DNA from: Chrysomallon squamiferum
Lineage: Eukaryota > Animalia > Mollusca
Assembly (NCBI GenBank): GCA_012295275.1
Contig: CM022678.1
Location: forward strand, 13,144,001 to 13,208,000
Reading direction: 5' to 3'
DNA: 64,000 nt
Shown in pieces: positions 28,768-43,529 of the stretch. How positions within the stretch are numbered: position 1 is the stretch's first letter; the number at the start of each line of letters is the position of its first letter. Made by a program: the position numbers and the translations under genes. Under the pieces are notes generated by a model. The model saw only the letters and a program-made list of their open reading frames with translations, searched no databases and was not told the origin of the DNA.

Positions 28768-29554
28768 GCTTTGACATTTGAAAACTATATCTATATTCGC
28801 CAGACATTTTAGGAATTAAAGAACTGTACAGCACTGTCGTTAACGATTATTGTCTGCAGTCTCGGCGCGGACTCGGAATTGTTTTTGCCATCAACCAAAT
28901 GTTTGCCTCGCTGTGTGCTTCACTCCTCTCACTTTGTCTTCTTGTTTCTCTCTAACTCACCATGAAATTAGAAGTCGAACACTGGAATTCTAAAGACAGA
29001 TCGGTCCAGAAATAAAAACACTCCTAACTTCTTATAAAGGTGCTCTATCCAACAGGTTTTATTAATACTACTACTACTACTACTGCTTCTACTACTGCTG
29101 CTGCTACTACCACTACTAAAAATGAAGTTACAAATATATGACTAAAAAGTGAAATTACAGATACAAGTCAAGAAGGTGAAATCACAAATATGTAATGTAC
29201 TATTACTACTGAACTAGTATTATTACTACTATAACTTCTGCAACTATTATTATTATTACTACTACTACTACTGTTACAACTATTACTATTTCTATTATTC
29301 TTATTACTACGATTACTACTTATATTATTATTTAAGAAATCTCAAATAAAAGAAAGAAAACTCAGATGAACCGATTCATTTATGAAACTATATATTGTAA
29401 TTCATAAATATATAGATAGATAGAGAGAATGAAAAAAAGACTGAAACACAGATAGATAAGAGAGAGTTACCCAAAGACAAACGGGTGGCATACCAATATT
29501 TATATGTTTTTAGTTATATATATCGCAAATATATATACATATATACATACATAC

Positions 29555-29596
<42 letters not shown>

Positions 29597-30230
29597 AAAA
29601 GGCAAGTGTTTTTGTAAATATTTTCTTTGATGAAATAAACAAAACTCTTGCTAAAAGTAAATACTGTAAACGAGTTTGAGACTGTTTTTCAAACTAACTA
29701 CTTCCGAGTTTTTTCTTCCGCGTCCATAGAAACGAATAAAAAGGGTTGAAATTTGGACTGAAGTTACAAAAACATGCAGAGAAATTCATGCATCACGTGT
29801 TTTTATGACTTTCCCTTCTGACCAACTTCAACAAACAGAAACGCACGAAAGAAAAGTTTGGCTTTCGCATCACTGCTGTTAATGTTGTATTGTTTTCATC
29901 TTAAAAACCTTCCGTTTTGTTCGCCGTAGTAATATATCTAGTGTAACCGTCATAAAGAACATGGTAGAACGGTAGAGATGATTGTTATTTTGTCTAATAT
30001 ATCACGAGAAATGGAAATTCCTTGCACCAGGTAGCACGGGAACAACACGAAAAGAGGCTGATGCTAAGTTAAAAGAACGTTTTGTAATTGAAAAACAATG
30101 GAAGACAGAAACATTACTTTTGTGTGGAATGGTGAAGTGGGTAAAACAAAGCAGTCATCTGACTGCAACGTCGAGGTGGTTTGAGACGTGAAATAACCGT
30201 GAAAGTGTGACGTTACTCAGTGGTAAATTG

Positions 30231-30338
<108 letters not shown>

Positions 30339-31059
30339 AAATAGAGTGAAAAACGTTTTCGATTTACAGATTTACAGAATTAATTTATAAATTGTTTCCA
30401 AAAGATTTTTCTTTTAATTCACTATTCCTATGATGATGATTATCATTCATGCTGTCTATAATATAAGCAGTTACAACTCACAGTTGTCTTGAAAACTAAT
30501 TTTACAGCAAAACCATCATCAGTAGGCGAAGAACGAAAACAAAAACTCATTTTACAAAAACATTGTAAAGAATATGGTATAAAATAACACTCATTTCTGC
30601 AAACAATTTACTAGAAATGTGAACTCTTATTCACGAACGATAACCTCACCTAGACACCTAGTCAAACAAAAACACTGAAGTAAAACTGTTTTCTGTCTTC
30701 TGCTAGAACATAAGAAATGCTATTCCCGTCCAGGCTGGCAGAAACTCGAAGATTTAACCTGTTTCTAACTCAATTTCTCCTTTTTACCAACCATTTCAGT
30801 CTCGGCTAGCATTACTTTGCCTATAATAATCATCAGTGAATTGTTTTCGTTGTCGTTTCCGAGCCTGAAAGGATCTAACGGTTCAAAGAAACAACAGGAA
30901 AGTTTGAGGATAAGCTTCAAGACAACTGCTCAAATTCTGATTTATTTTTTCTATCATGTTTCTGCACTACGTAAACTTAGGCTCACGGTGAACTTTTTGT
31001 GGCTGTATAGCTTACTTATGTTTTGTACTGCCATCTCACTCTCTCTTCCGCTCTCGTTT

Positions 31060-31110
<51 letters not shown>

Positions 31111-31232
31111 CACACACACACACAAACAAACTCACACTAACACTTTTCACACACACACAAACACACACACAGCACTAACACTTTTCACACACACACACAC
31201 ACACTCACACTAACACTTTTCACACATACATA
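31060..31232 (+). repeat. (TC)n(CA)n compound repeat with a recurring CACTAACACTTTT unit
   Basis: Direct reading. Confidence 0.85.
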
Positions 31233-31391
31233 CAGCTCCAAATACCCAAAAGCACTCTAATATTAACTCTTACTGTTTCTTTATCTCTTTTTTATTAAGT
31301 ATTTCTTTCTCTCGGTATCTCTTTCTGTCTATCTCTCTCACCCTCATTCAGTCTCTATAACATAGTCGTTCAGTCTCATTTTCTCTCTGTC

Positions 31392-31599
<208 letters not shown>

Positions 31600-32545
31600 C
31601 ACAGAGGAAATCATATATATATATATATGCATGCCTATATATCTATCTATGTATTTAACTATCTATCTAGTATTATTATTATGTTTCTGCCGGCTCATTG
31701 TTTTTATTCTTTCCTGGACTTTCACTCGTCTTTATTTGCGGAAAATAAATATATTATTATTATGATTCCTTATTTTCTTTTCATTTGTAAAATATTTTCT
31801 CATAATATTCCACAAATTTACATATTATTTTGTTTGCCTGTTTCACTTCCTGTCCTTGAGGTTTTTTTAAAAGTAATTTCTATAAAACCTATTCCATGTT
31901 TAAACTGGTCTTCAGCTGACTTCCTGAATATGTTTTCCACATGTTGTAGAAAGTGCCCGCAGACAAGATATGTTTCTGCAGTGGTTTTTCTCAAATCAGT
32001 TTTCTCTTACCCCTCGTTACCGCTGTTTCCTCCAACTTCCATTTACGGGTAAATATTTAGACGATAAACGATCTTTTAATGACGAAAACACTGCAGACGA
32101 CTTCCTGAAGTCGACGGATCTCTTGTGAGACTATTCTCCTTCAGGCAGTCCACACATATTTAAAGTGAACCTATGGTGAACACGGATAAATGTATCTTGT
32201 ATACGTTGTCAGACTGTTTTCTTTGTATTTTGTTACACGTGGTGATGTCAAGAATAACAACAACGAAACAACAGGGACACAAACACACACAAATAAAATA
32301 AAATAAATAATAATAATAAGTGACAGAAAGAGGCAGAATGAGAGGGATGCAGAGAAAGAAACTGATAAAGTGAGAGAGAGATAAATAAAGTTACTAAAAA
32401 TGGGATTACAGAGAAAGAAACAGCCTAAGCATTTGGAAGCGCGCGAGCGCGCGCGCCTGTGTGTGTGTATGAAAGAAAGAAAGAAAGAAAGAGTATTAAG
32501 AGAAAAACAAAGCCAGAATAAAGAGATGGAAAGAGAGATTAAAAA

Positions 32546-32671
32546 GAGATAAAGAGAGATACAGATATTGATAAAGAGATAAAGAGAGATACAGATATTG
32601 ATAAAGGGATAAAGAGAGATACAGATATTGATAAAGAGATAAAGAGAGATACAGATATTGATAAAGAGATA
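32546..32671 (+). repeat. 30-bp minisatellite GAGATAAAGAGAGATACAGATATTGATAAA x4
   Basis: Four near-exact tandem copies. Confidence 0.95.
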
Positions 32672-33453
32672 CCGAGAATGGGTCAAAATAAAGAAGAAAA
32701 AAATGTGGATATGTGTATGTTAGAGAGACAGAAAGGTAGAAAGAGAGAGGGAAAAAGAGAGAAATGAAGAACGTGTATATAACAAAGAGAGAAATTGGAG
32801 AAAAGAAAAAAATGTCATATATGAAAAAGAGAAAATTTTGTATCATACTGTACATTCTCAACATCTCACAACAAAATTCATTTCAGGAAAAAGTTGTGAA
32901 AAATAGATTTTAATTATCTACAAGAAATTAGCATTTATCTCCCTTGTCATAACTCACGCGGTCTGTAAGAGAGGCTTTGTATTACGCAGCTAGTACAGTT
33001 ATGACGTTCATAAAAGTTTTATTGCCTCGACTTTTATCAGCAGAACAAGTTGTATGATTTACTGACATCTTTAATTGGCCTGTCAAAACTTCTTCGATCA
33101 TTCATCTTCTCTCCTCTCTACAACAGCGCTTGCCAAGTGTTCGCGCGTTTTATCTGAAGCCGCCATATTACAAGAGCTATGTTGTACTATCTACACAACT
33201 GATCCGATCTATACTACACAGCCCCTTGAGCAAGTTTATCAGATTTTCGTAATGCTACCTCATTTTTCTCTTGCCGTTTTTTATTTTATTTATTTATTTA
33301 TTTATTATTAATTATTATTATTATTAATGTTGTTGTTTTGTTATTGTTATTATTATTATCATTATTGTTATATTATCATCATTATTATTATGTTTGATTT
33401 ATATGATTATATTTAATAATTTTTGTATATTTGTTATATAATTATCTAAATTA

Positions 33454-33484
<31 letters not shown>

Positions 33485-34587
33485 CGTTTTGAAGTGTTTA
33501 TACAGCGATAATCTGAATCTATGATTAAATATTTGAAACATTTAAAAAATATTATGCTGATTTATTTATAGTTTATTATATATAATATTACAACAGGACA
33601 AGAAAATATCAACATCATAATTTCTAACGATGAAAAAGAAAACGATGATGTTGATGATAACGTCGGCAATATGATGATGTACTGAAAACAAGAAAAATAG
33701 TAACAAAGTAATGGTGAAACTGAAAATAAGAAAAAGAAAGTAAAAATACAAATGAAGATAAAGAAGAGAGACGATCCATGTAGAAAAGATAAAATTAAAA
33801 AAGACATGATGGAAGGAAATTAAAAAAAAAGAAGAAGAAGAAGAAGAGCAACAACAAAAACAAGAAATGAATTTCTAAAGAACGAGGTGACAAACAAAAC
33901 GTTAAACTGAATAAAAACAGGAAGTTAACGAATTCAAAATGAAGAAAAAAGACGAAACGAGGTAAGTAATGAAAACGAGTAAAACTGGAGAAAGATGTGG
34001 ATGTAGTGAAATGTCAAAGATGAAAAATTAAAGGAGGAACAGGATCCAGTCAAACAATAAAAATTAGAGGAAAATGAAAACTAAATAAAAAATTAATTGC
34101 AGGATGATATCCAATTAATTGAGGACGTTAATTTCAAATTTAAGATAAAAAGCAATCAAATGTTTCCAGCTTATCTGAAATTAAATCTTAATTTTTGACT
34201 CGCGCTTTCAACTGATTTTGTCAGCTCGCTCGGGTCAGGGAGTGAAAAACACTGCAGTTTCATCCGCCATTAGTGACGTCACTGAAGGTAACATGTACCA
34301 ATTTAGATCAATTTATTTCTTTCACATTTCTTTTCTCCAATTTTCTTTTTTTTAATTTAGAAATTTAAATGTCTTGTAGTAGGCTAATTGTTTGCTATTT
34401 TGAGAAAAAAAAAAAATGTTTTATTTTTTTTATATTTTTTGCTGCTGATTCTAAATTCAAAGAATTCAACAAAAAAAAAAAAAAAAAAAAAGCTGGTAAG
34501 AAAATAAGATGAAAAAAGGAAGAAAAAACTGCGAAAAAATAATGGAATATCTGCAGAAAAAAATTAATTTGTATATTTTTCGAAAAA

Positions 34588-34687
<100 letters not shown>

Positions 34688-36013
34688 GACAGTCTTATTT
34701 CTTCTCTCTAATTCTTTAAAAAAATCTTATTTCATGGGTTTTTTTCTATACAAAGATTGTACGTTTAGTTTGTGCAAAGTAAAGCTTTATGGGCAGCTTT
34801 CCAAGGCGTCTGCGAACTTTTGTCTTTCAAATCTTTTATGTATCTACCTTTTATCTGCAAAACATAATAAAATAATAATAAGAAGAAGAAGAAGAAGAAG
34901 AGGAAAAACAACTTAAACAAATATTACTTTTATTATTATAAAAGTTTATAGTTGGGAATCTTTGTTTTATTCATTCATTCATTCGTTAATTTTGTCTTCA
35001 TTTACTGCATATTCTATATAATTTTTATTCAGTATATACATATATATGTTTTTCCCCATTAAAATTATCTTCTCTTTCCTCATTTTCTTCTGATATTTAA
35101 TTTTCCTTTTTCTTCAATTTTATCATTTCTTCTCCTTCTGTTCCTTTTTTCTTCATATTTCTCTTCATCTTAATAGTTTTCTCCATCATATTTTATTCCT
35201 TACTCTATCTCAGCAATTAATGGCATTAATTTTACTTTAGAATCTCTCATAACATTCGCGAAGGACAGACAGCAATATACAGGGGTGCTGCAGAACGTAC
35301 ACATAAAAGCAATCATGTTTGTAGATTATGCTCAAATGAACAAAATCGATTTTATTCTGATATATAAATAATCTTTTAGATCGACATGCTCAAACCTACG
35401 AAGCTGAAGCAGCCAAAAACGCATCGTTGATTAAAAAAAGTCGAGAATAAACTACCGCATTTAATGTAGTCAATAAAAATTGAACAAGAATATAAAACAC
35501 GTGCCGGGCTAGTAGAATAAACGATTTTTTCAACCATACTGTGTCTGCTGACGTCAGACGCTGGTGTTCTTAGAAGATTACCTTTGATTTTTGGAGAATC
35601 AAACGACGTGGTGTCACAGATACATAACCAGACGACGTCATGTATCTGTTTCTCATGCTTTACGCCGTCGACAACGCCAGAAGAGACAGGAAGAAACGTC
35701 ATAAAAAGGTAGGTTTATTAACGTCATAATTAATTAGGTGGTCTCACACACGAGTTATTTTTCCGTACTTTTATTTATCTTTTATTTTTTTTTTTTTTTT
35801 TTTTGGTCCTGTTCTTCATTTTCTTATTCTACTGAAGAGATACGTGACGGAGACACGTGTGAAACAGTTAATGACTGAGACAGAGGATCTCATTAATTTA
35901 ATTCGGGTTAGATAGTGCAGATTAGAATGCAGGAAAAATAATTTATTACTTATTTTTACTTATGTTAAGTGCAGTGAGTTCTAATATTAACATCTGAATT
36001 TGTGATGTATCTT

Positions 36014-36123
<110 letters not shown>

Positions 36124-36678
36124 GTATATGTTATTTATCAGTTTCGCTAATTTTTATTTGGAGTATCTATCTGCTTCATGATATGTAATTACACGCACAC
36201 ACATATATACATACCTATATGCACGTAAAATCATACACTCATACGTAGATGATACATTATACATGTATAACACATCAACACGCGCGTGCACTCACATAGA
36301 GATATAGAGAAAGACACTTTACTGTTAGTTATATGCTGGCCTTCAGAACACATCATTACCTAACTGATAAACAAACAGTCAATTCTAATAACTTCCACCT
36401 TCACGTTAATATGATGTGTTCTGCTAACATGTGCGAATCCTTAAACATGAGAACATGTGACACTTCCCTTCGTCATTGCTAAGTAGATTGTTGGCTTGGC
36501 TCGGGCTGTGTTATCCAGAGAAGACAATGCCCGGAGTAACTCTGCTAGCGCGGACTGGTCTCAGAGTGCTGTGTGACACGGAATTCTCCAGATGAAAGAT
36601 GCCACGAGACGAGGTACACGTGTACGTGATACAGTTTCAATTAGAGAAACGCGCCTCACTGAATGCCAGCATTCTGTT

Positions 36679-36713
36679 CCGCCATCTTGACGTTCGTTCG
36701 TTACCATGACGAC
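36679..36713 (-). promoter_or_regulatory. Candidate promoter module: YY1 motif + RFX X-box-like motif
   Basis: CCGCCATCTTG (36679-36689; CAAGATGGCGG on minus) and GTTACCATGACGAC (36700-36713) in a CpG-rich island. Confidence 0.35.
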
Positions 36714-36929
36714 GCATAGACTGGTCACCACATGTGGACAGTTAACTCAGAGAAAGAGGGAAGAGACGGAGGAAAGAAAGAGCAAATAAACAACGAATAA
36801 AAACGAATAAGAAATAAACAAAATAAACATAATTAATTAAAGAGAGAAAAAAATAAAGAATAAAACAGACAATTCTTATGAAATTTGTATGCAGATAATG
36901 AGAATATCATTTATCTATTTACAAATTAA

Positions 36930-37392
<463 letters not shown>

Positions 37393-37819
37393 CAAAAGAT
37401 CATACACAAATCAGATCCTATGTAGTTTTACAAAATGAAGAACGTACACGTGTATTTCACTCGTTTTCATAAGCAAGCATGAATTCTCCAAATGCCAACA
37501 CTACGCTGCTTCTATCTGAGAAAGATTTCGCAATTGTTTGTGAAAGTGATATTTGAAAGAAGCACATTTCATCATCTGAAGTTACGCTGGGTTTGTCGGC
37601 TACTGACGAATGTCGAGGTGATAGATATTTCGTGAAGATGTGTGGGAGCTGAAGTTAATTGTTGTGATGCAGGGACAGGACAACTGAGACTTACAGCCTC
37701 ATCACTTCTCCGAGTGTCTGTTTTCACTTACTGCAGTCTAGTATACTGTACTGTACGTATATCATCTTTATTCAAAATAACATTCCGTGTTATTTTCGAT
37801 GAGTTTGTCTGTACCTACC

Positions 37820-38037
37820 TACATATATATGCACACATACATACATACACATATACATACACATATACATACACATATATACATACATACATACACACAT
37901 ACATACATACATTTATACATACATACACACATACATACATACACATATACATACACACATATATACATACATACATACCTTCTACATTTATATCTATCAG
38001 TCTGTATATATTCTGTCTTTCACTCTTTATCTATCTA

Positions 38038-38090
<53 letters not shown>
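37820..38090 (+). repeat. (CATA)/(CA) degenerate tract and (GT)n
   Basis: Direct reading. Confidence 0.9.
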
Positions 38091-38091
<1 letters not shown>

Positions 38092-38648
38092 GGACTCAGT
38101 GTCAGACTTTATACATGTGTTACTTTCTGACTCGTATAACTTTTTTCTATCTCGCTTTCTTTCGTCTCAAAATAAACTGATCGATAATAGTTATGTCCCT
38201 TTGATCACGAGACATGGTGTCTAGAATTCGACAGACGCACATGGGACAAGAAAATCGATTTCTCTGCAGAGATATTTTTTTTTCTAAAGAAATAAGAGAA
38301 ACAAGAAGATCTTGGGTGACTGTAGTGTAATTCGCAATACATTATATATATGGCAGTTATTTAACTTGTTGCTTTTATTTTCTCGAATTTGGGCCTACAC
38401 TTGAGTAGATCAATCGTTCAAATCGCTTCAGTAGATTCAGTCACTCGTGAATCTGGATATAGTTAAAGTGTTATGAATGAAAAAATAATGTGTTTGATAA
38501 GAAATTCCATTTAATTCTAAATTCACACAGACATAGAAAAATGCAGACACATATTAGTATTAGGTGCACGAGAACGGTCATATAAAAAATAAAAAAATCA
38601 ATAGAAAGATAGTGAGAAAGACAAACATTCCGATACATAGTTATTTAT

Positions 38649-38933
<285 letters not shown>

Positions 38934-40182
38934 GTATGTACTATCACACAGAGAGGTAAATACCAGCGTGGGCGGAGAACTCAGTGGTAGGAATAATAAT
39001 ACACACTTCTTGTCAGAAATAAAATGTTCGTTTTATCGCGTTTAAATAAATGAGGTAATACTGAGAGCATATTGTTATCTCTTATTTTGTTCTTCAGTTT
39101 CATTACATTTATCTTTTTCGGGTTTGGAATGTAGGATAAATTATCTTTGTATGAAACGATAAAATCAATTTGAGTTAATACTGATCTCATTCGTTAATTC
39201 AGACGTCTCTGTTAACATGGGTGGAGTGCTTTCCCTTGTTTTTGTTATGTTTCTGATTAATGTGGGCACCATAATTTATGAGAGAATCAATCTACTCAAT
39301 CAAAAAAGCCCATAACTCTTATGACGTTTCAAAACTCCAGTTTTTCTTCCTTCTCTTTCACATATATTATTAACGTTTTAAAAAGAGCTTATATGATGAT
39401 ACGAGAGAGAAATCGAGCTTCTGGCTACGTTATCTAATACGTTCAAAGAATTTTCAAGATGATACTTCACACATGCCACGGATCTAGATAAACCAAAGAG
39501 GATACTAGGTCGGAATGGTAAAAATTTGCTATTTAATGAAACGAAAAAAAAAAAATATATATATATATATATATATTAAAATTAAATATTTTTTTAGTCT
39601 GTATATGCTTAGGATTGTTTTTCTTTTTAAAAAATTAAAGAAAAAGGAATGATAAAAAAAAGACTAAGTTGCCGTTCTATCAAGAGATAATTATTCTATG
39701 AAACTAAAAGAATTAAAAAGGGGGGAACACGCTAACATCAAAAGAGAATATTTAATTTTATGGTTTCATTTCATTTCTAAATCCTTTCTAGTCGTAAAGT
39801 AGATAGTATTACCACCAGCGTAACGAAAGTATCATCAGAACAAGCTGTGAGGAGAGTAGCACTTTGAAAAGAATAGTTTTGAAAAGCCGCCAAAGATTAA
39901 CAATTTCTGGCAGTTTGTCTCTCACAATTTTCACTTCGTTACTAAAGCAAACACACGAATTAAGACGCTAAGCAGAAGAACTAAAACATAGCAGAATCAT
40001 TCAATTTGTCATGCCTCGTCCACGATGACAAGCGGAGAGGTAACAAACAAAAGAAGTGATTTATAACTTAACTAAAAAAGTTAATTTGGTTTAATTGGAC
40101 TTCAGAGATTTGACGTAATCGTACTGCGTTTGTGCGAACGTGCGTGACAGACAAATATGTGCATGTGTGTGTGTATTTTGTC

Positions 40183-40186
<4 letters not shown>

Positions 40187-40260
<74 letters not shown>
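40187..40260 (+). repeat. (GA)n microsatellite
   Basis: Direct reading. Confidence 0.97.
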
Positions 40261-40262
<2 letters not shown>

Positions 40263-41191
40263 GCTGATTAGTACAGAAATGCTGACGTAAACAAAAAGTG
40301 TAACTCCAGATGTTTACAAACGTAAACTCAGTATCGTTAACATACTTATTTGACTCGTTCATAACAAGATGACAAGTCGGCATTCACGCACGCAAATTTT
40401 CTCGTTTCAACAAAATAGCCTGCTTCGGTTGACTGGTTCTAAACTTTGTAATTGTTCACACGTGGAACCAGTCGATTCAATATGGCGCCCTGACACATCG
40501 GACAATATCGGAATGTCTGCAACGAAAAGGAGACCCGTACTTTTGTTGACGGTATGTCGGAAACGTTTCAGTTTATGACGTGGTTCACTTTATAGCCTGC
40601 TTCATTCTCGTTCCACTAGAAAAGAAAACGAAGATGAGAAGAAAAAAAAAAACGGAATGCTGGAGAATAATTCGTCACTCAGCATTGACTGAATAGTTGG
40701 ATCCTGTGTCATGAACGTTTGAACTCCAGAACTGAAATTCATAATAATAAAGTTTACTTTCCTTATATTCCTGAAAATTAGGTTTAAGTTATCTTATAGG
40801 ACATCTCTGACAGTTCGAATAAATTCTTTAATCTTCAAAGTGATAGTGTTATGAATTTGTTTTTATTATTTCTGAGTTTTAATCTTTTCTTATAATAAAG
40901 TACCACAAAACTGTAATAAAAAGATATGATGCTTCTACAGAGGCTGCAATTTTCCCTTATTTCGTGACGTCAGAACTACGATAATAATAATGATTATATT
41001 ACCTAAATGTCTCAGTGACTTCGTTTTTTTTTTAACTTCATCATTACAGTAAATCGTTGCAAAGTTGCTTTATACTTCAGTCAAACTGGAAGTGACGTCA
41101 TAAAAGGAAGATGGTGGCCTGAATTCGTCATGATCTTTTATTATCATACTTAAAATAGTAAAGGCTGATTTCAACGAAATTAAAAATAAAT

Positions 41192-41297
<106 letters not shown>

Positions 41298-41769
41298 TCT
41301 TTATCTTCTTAAGCATCTTTTTCGTCAAAATCATCTTCATCATCTCAATTTCTCTTTCTCGTGTTGTGTATAAGAAAATTTGCCATTTAAGATGGTTTGG
41401 AATTCTGGCTTAAAAAAAACAAAGAAGAAGAAAAAGAAGAAAGAATTCCTGCAGGTGATCAGCGTACTGGAAACGAATTGAAGAAAACGGTCTGTAAACA
41501 AAAGCATAAAAGTGTGTTGATACAACGACACGGGCGAACAATATTTCCGCATCGTCGACGGCAACGTGGTGCAGGATTGTGGCAACACGTGGTTTCTGGT
41601 GATGCGTGTGACGTTTGAAAAGCGGTCTGTTGTAAAACACGGGGTCGTCGTTTTACCGGTGGGGAGGGGACGTGAGTGGCGGGATCAGCTCATTGTACAA
41701 CCACAAGAAACGTGATAAGCGAATGCGAACAAATCTCTTTATTTTATAGTCCTGGCCTTTAAATCGCAG

Positions 41770-41893
41770 ATGTTTAACACGCTGACAGACGCTTGTTAGT
41801 GTGTTAAACATGTTAGTGTGTCAGACATGTTAGTGTGTTAAACATGTTAGTGTGTCAGACATGTTAGTGTGTCAGACATGTTAGTTTGTTACA
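41770..41893 (+). repeat. 17-bp minisatellite TGTTAGTGTGT(T/C)A(A/G)ACA x~6, preceded by one inverted copy
   Basis: Tandem copies at 41794-41893; 41770-41787 is a reverse-complement copy of the unit. Confidence 0.88.
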
Positions 41894-43432
41894 TAGATTT
41901 ATTCAGCCACATATGTGCCATTTTGTTCACCTTTCAGAATGTGTGTATGTTTCAGTCATGTGTTAAACGAAGTCACGTGCTGAAATGTCACTAATGGTAA
42001 AATAAAAAAGCAAAACAAATCTTATTATATAATCAGCAGAACTTACGTGAAAAAGAAAATTTATGAACCACTATAAGCATGCTTGAACACTGCTCTGACG
42101 GAAGCTAACTTTACAAACACCCACACGTTTGGACACATCTGTAGTAGCATGGTAGGTAACGTTTGGGTGGGTTCCAGCACTGAGGGTGATGTATGATTAG
42201 TTGCAAATAATCGTACAAAACAAACTTATTAAACTGTTAAGTAGTCATATTATCTCAGGCCATATGTCGAGTGATTGATTCTGTAGTATTAGGATTCAGT
42301 ATAAAAGATAAACTGTATTAGTTGATCAGATGTAAAGTAAGCATAATAAGCAATCATTGAGAAGAATCCAACATACACTATATATATATATAACAAGATA
42401 AAAGTAAATACATTTATATGAACAAGCAGACTAAACTTTCAAGTGACGTATTATTTGTTTTTCTGGTCCATTCCTAACAAGAAAGTATGACTTAACATAA
42501 CTCGATGATTATGTTCTCTTTTACCTAACTTTCTATCACACTAACCCCTTTTTGAGTAGACAGTTCATATATATTCACATGTCCATAACTTTCAGTGGAA
42601 AAAAAAAAATAATAATAAAAAGCCTATTTCAAATGTTAGATGAAAGGAACCACTGGTGCAGTTTTCTGTTTATTTACAACCCTCCACTTCTCGCAGAGCA
42701 CCAAGTCGCTAATTACTGCAGCAAAGCTCACCATTTATCAGGTGTTGTTATCTGGCCCCTCGCGATCAGCTGTCTTGCTTTCTCTTAGCTGCAGGTCGTG
42801 TTTACACACTCACTTTGCGTGTTCGTGAAACTCAACTTCTCTTTCAGAAGACGTCTCTTCAAGCGTATGTTGATAGCTGGTTTACCAGAAGGTAGTACCA
42901 GGTTACTCGACAAGCTTCGTGCTACTTCGTATTCCACTGCATAGCGACATTATTCTTTTTAAAACCATGTCAGTGATGCCTCTATAAACGCAGATTAATA
43001 ACATGTTGATTGTGTTAAACAAAACTTTTTTTTTTAACAAGACTCGTAGTTATCGTTAGTCATCTAAATTGTAGAGATTAAGAAAAAAATGTTTTTACCC
43101 CAGCTGATTATCTTATTTTAATGTATACTTTAAGTCATAAACTAAATTACTTTATTATATATATTTATTATTATGTGGCAAGGAAAAGAAAGAAAGAAAA
43201 AAACAACAACAAAAAAACAAGGAATGTACTGCATAAAGAACAAGACGGTGATGCACAGACTGTGTTTAATTTTTATTTATTTGCAAGTCGACTGGACAGA
43301 CTGGGTGGGAAAAACATGACGTGTGTTATCTTCTTGTCTTCAGTTCCTACGTTTCATCCTCCAAAAATCTCTTGTTTATAGTGTCACTGGGTTAATTATC
43401 TTTACAACCATTATACTTACATCAACCACCAT

Positions 43433-43529
43433 CTGTCAATCAAGTATGTCAATCATGGCAACAATGACTTGAATGACAGGTAGGCGGAGCTAAAAGAACA
43501 TGAATATTAACGAGGTAATTAACCAATAG
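43433..43529. promoter_or_regulatory. Candidate promoter/enhancer module: three TALE DECA motifs, RFX half-site, GC-box-like motif, CCAAT box
   Basis: CTGTCAATCA 43433, ATGTCAATCA 43446, TGAATGACAG 43470, CATGGCAAC 43454, AGGCGGAGC 43482, AACCAATAG 43521. Confidence 0.5.

Noticed and set aside
28961-28989. 29-nt minus-strand micro-exon (TCTGTCTTTAG ... GTGAGT)
   Set aside because: Splice-like signals of this quality arise by chance in 64 kb, and there is no recognisable peptide or partner exon.
30794-30870. miRNA-like hairpin (TTTCAGTCTCGG...CCGAGCCTGAAA; TTCGTTGTCG resembles the miR-981 5' end)
   Set aside because: Only the outer 12 bp pair, the interior does not fold into a pre-miRNA stem, and the rest of the mature sequence does not match.
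38980-38991. tRNA/SINE A-box-like CTCAGTGGTAG (similar at ~30217)
   Set aside because: No B-box or cloverleaf downstream.
41644-41656. Similarity to the M13/lacZ primer site (GTCGTTTTAC)
   Set aside because: Only ~10 bp with no flanking vector sequence; it is one arm of a small local hairpin.
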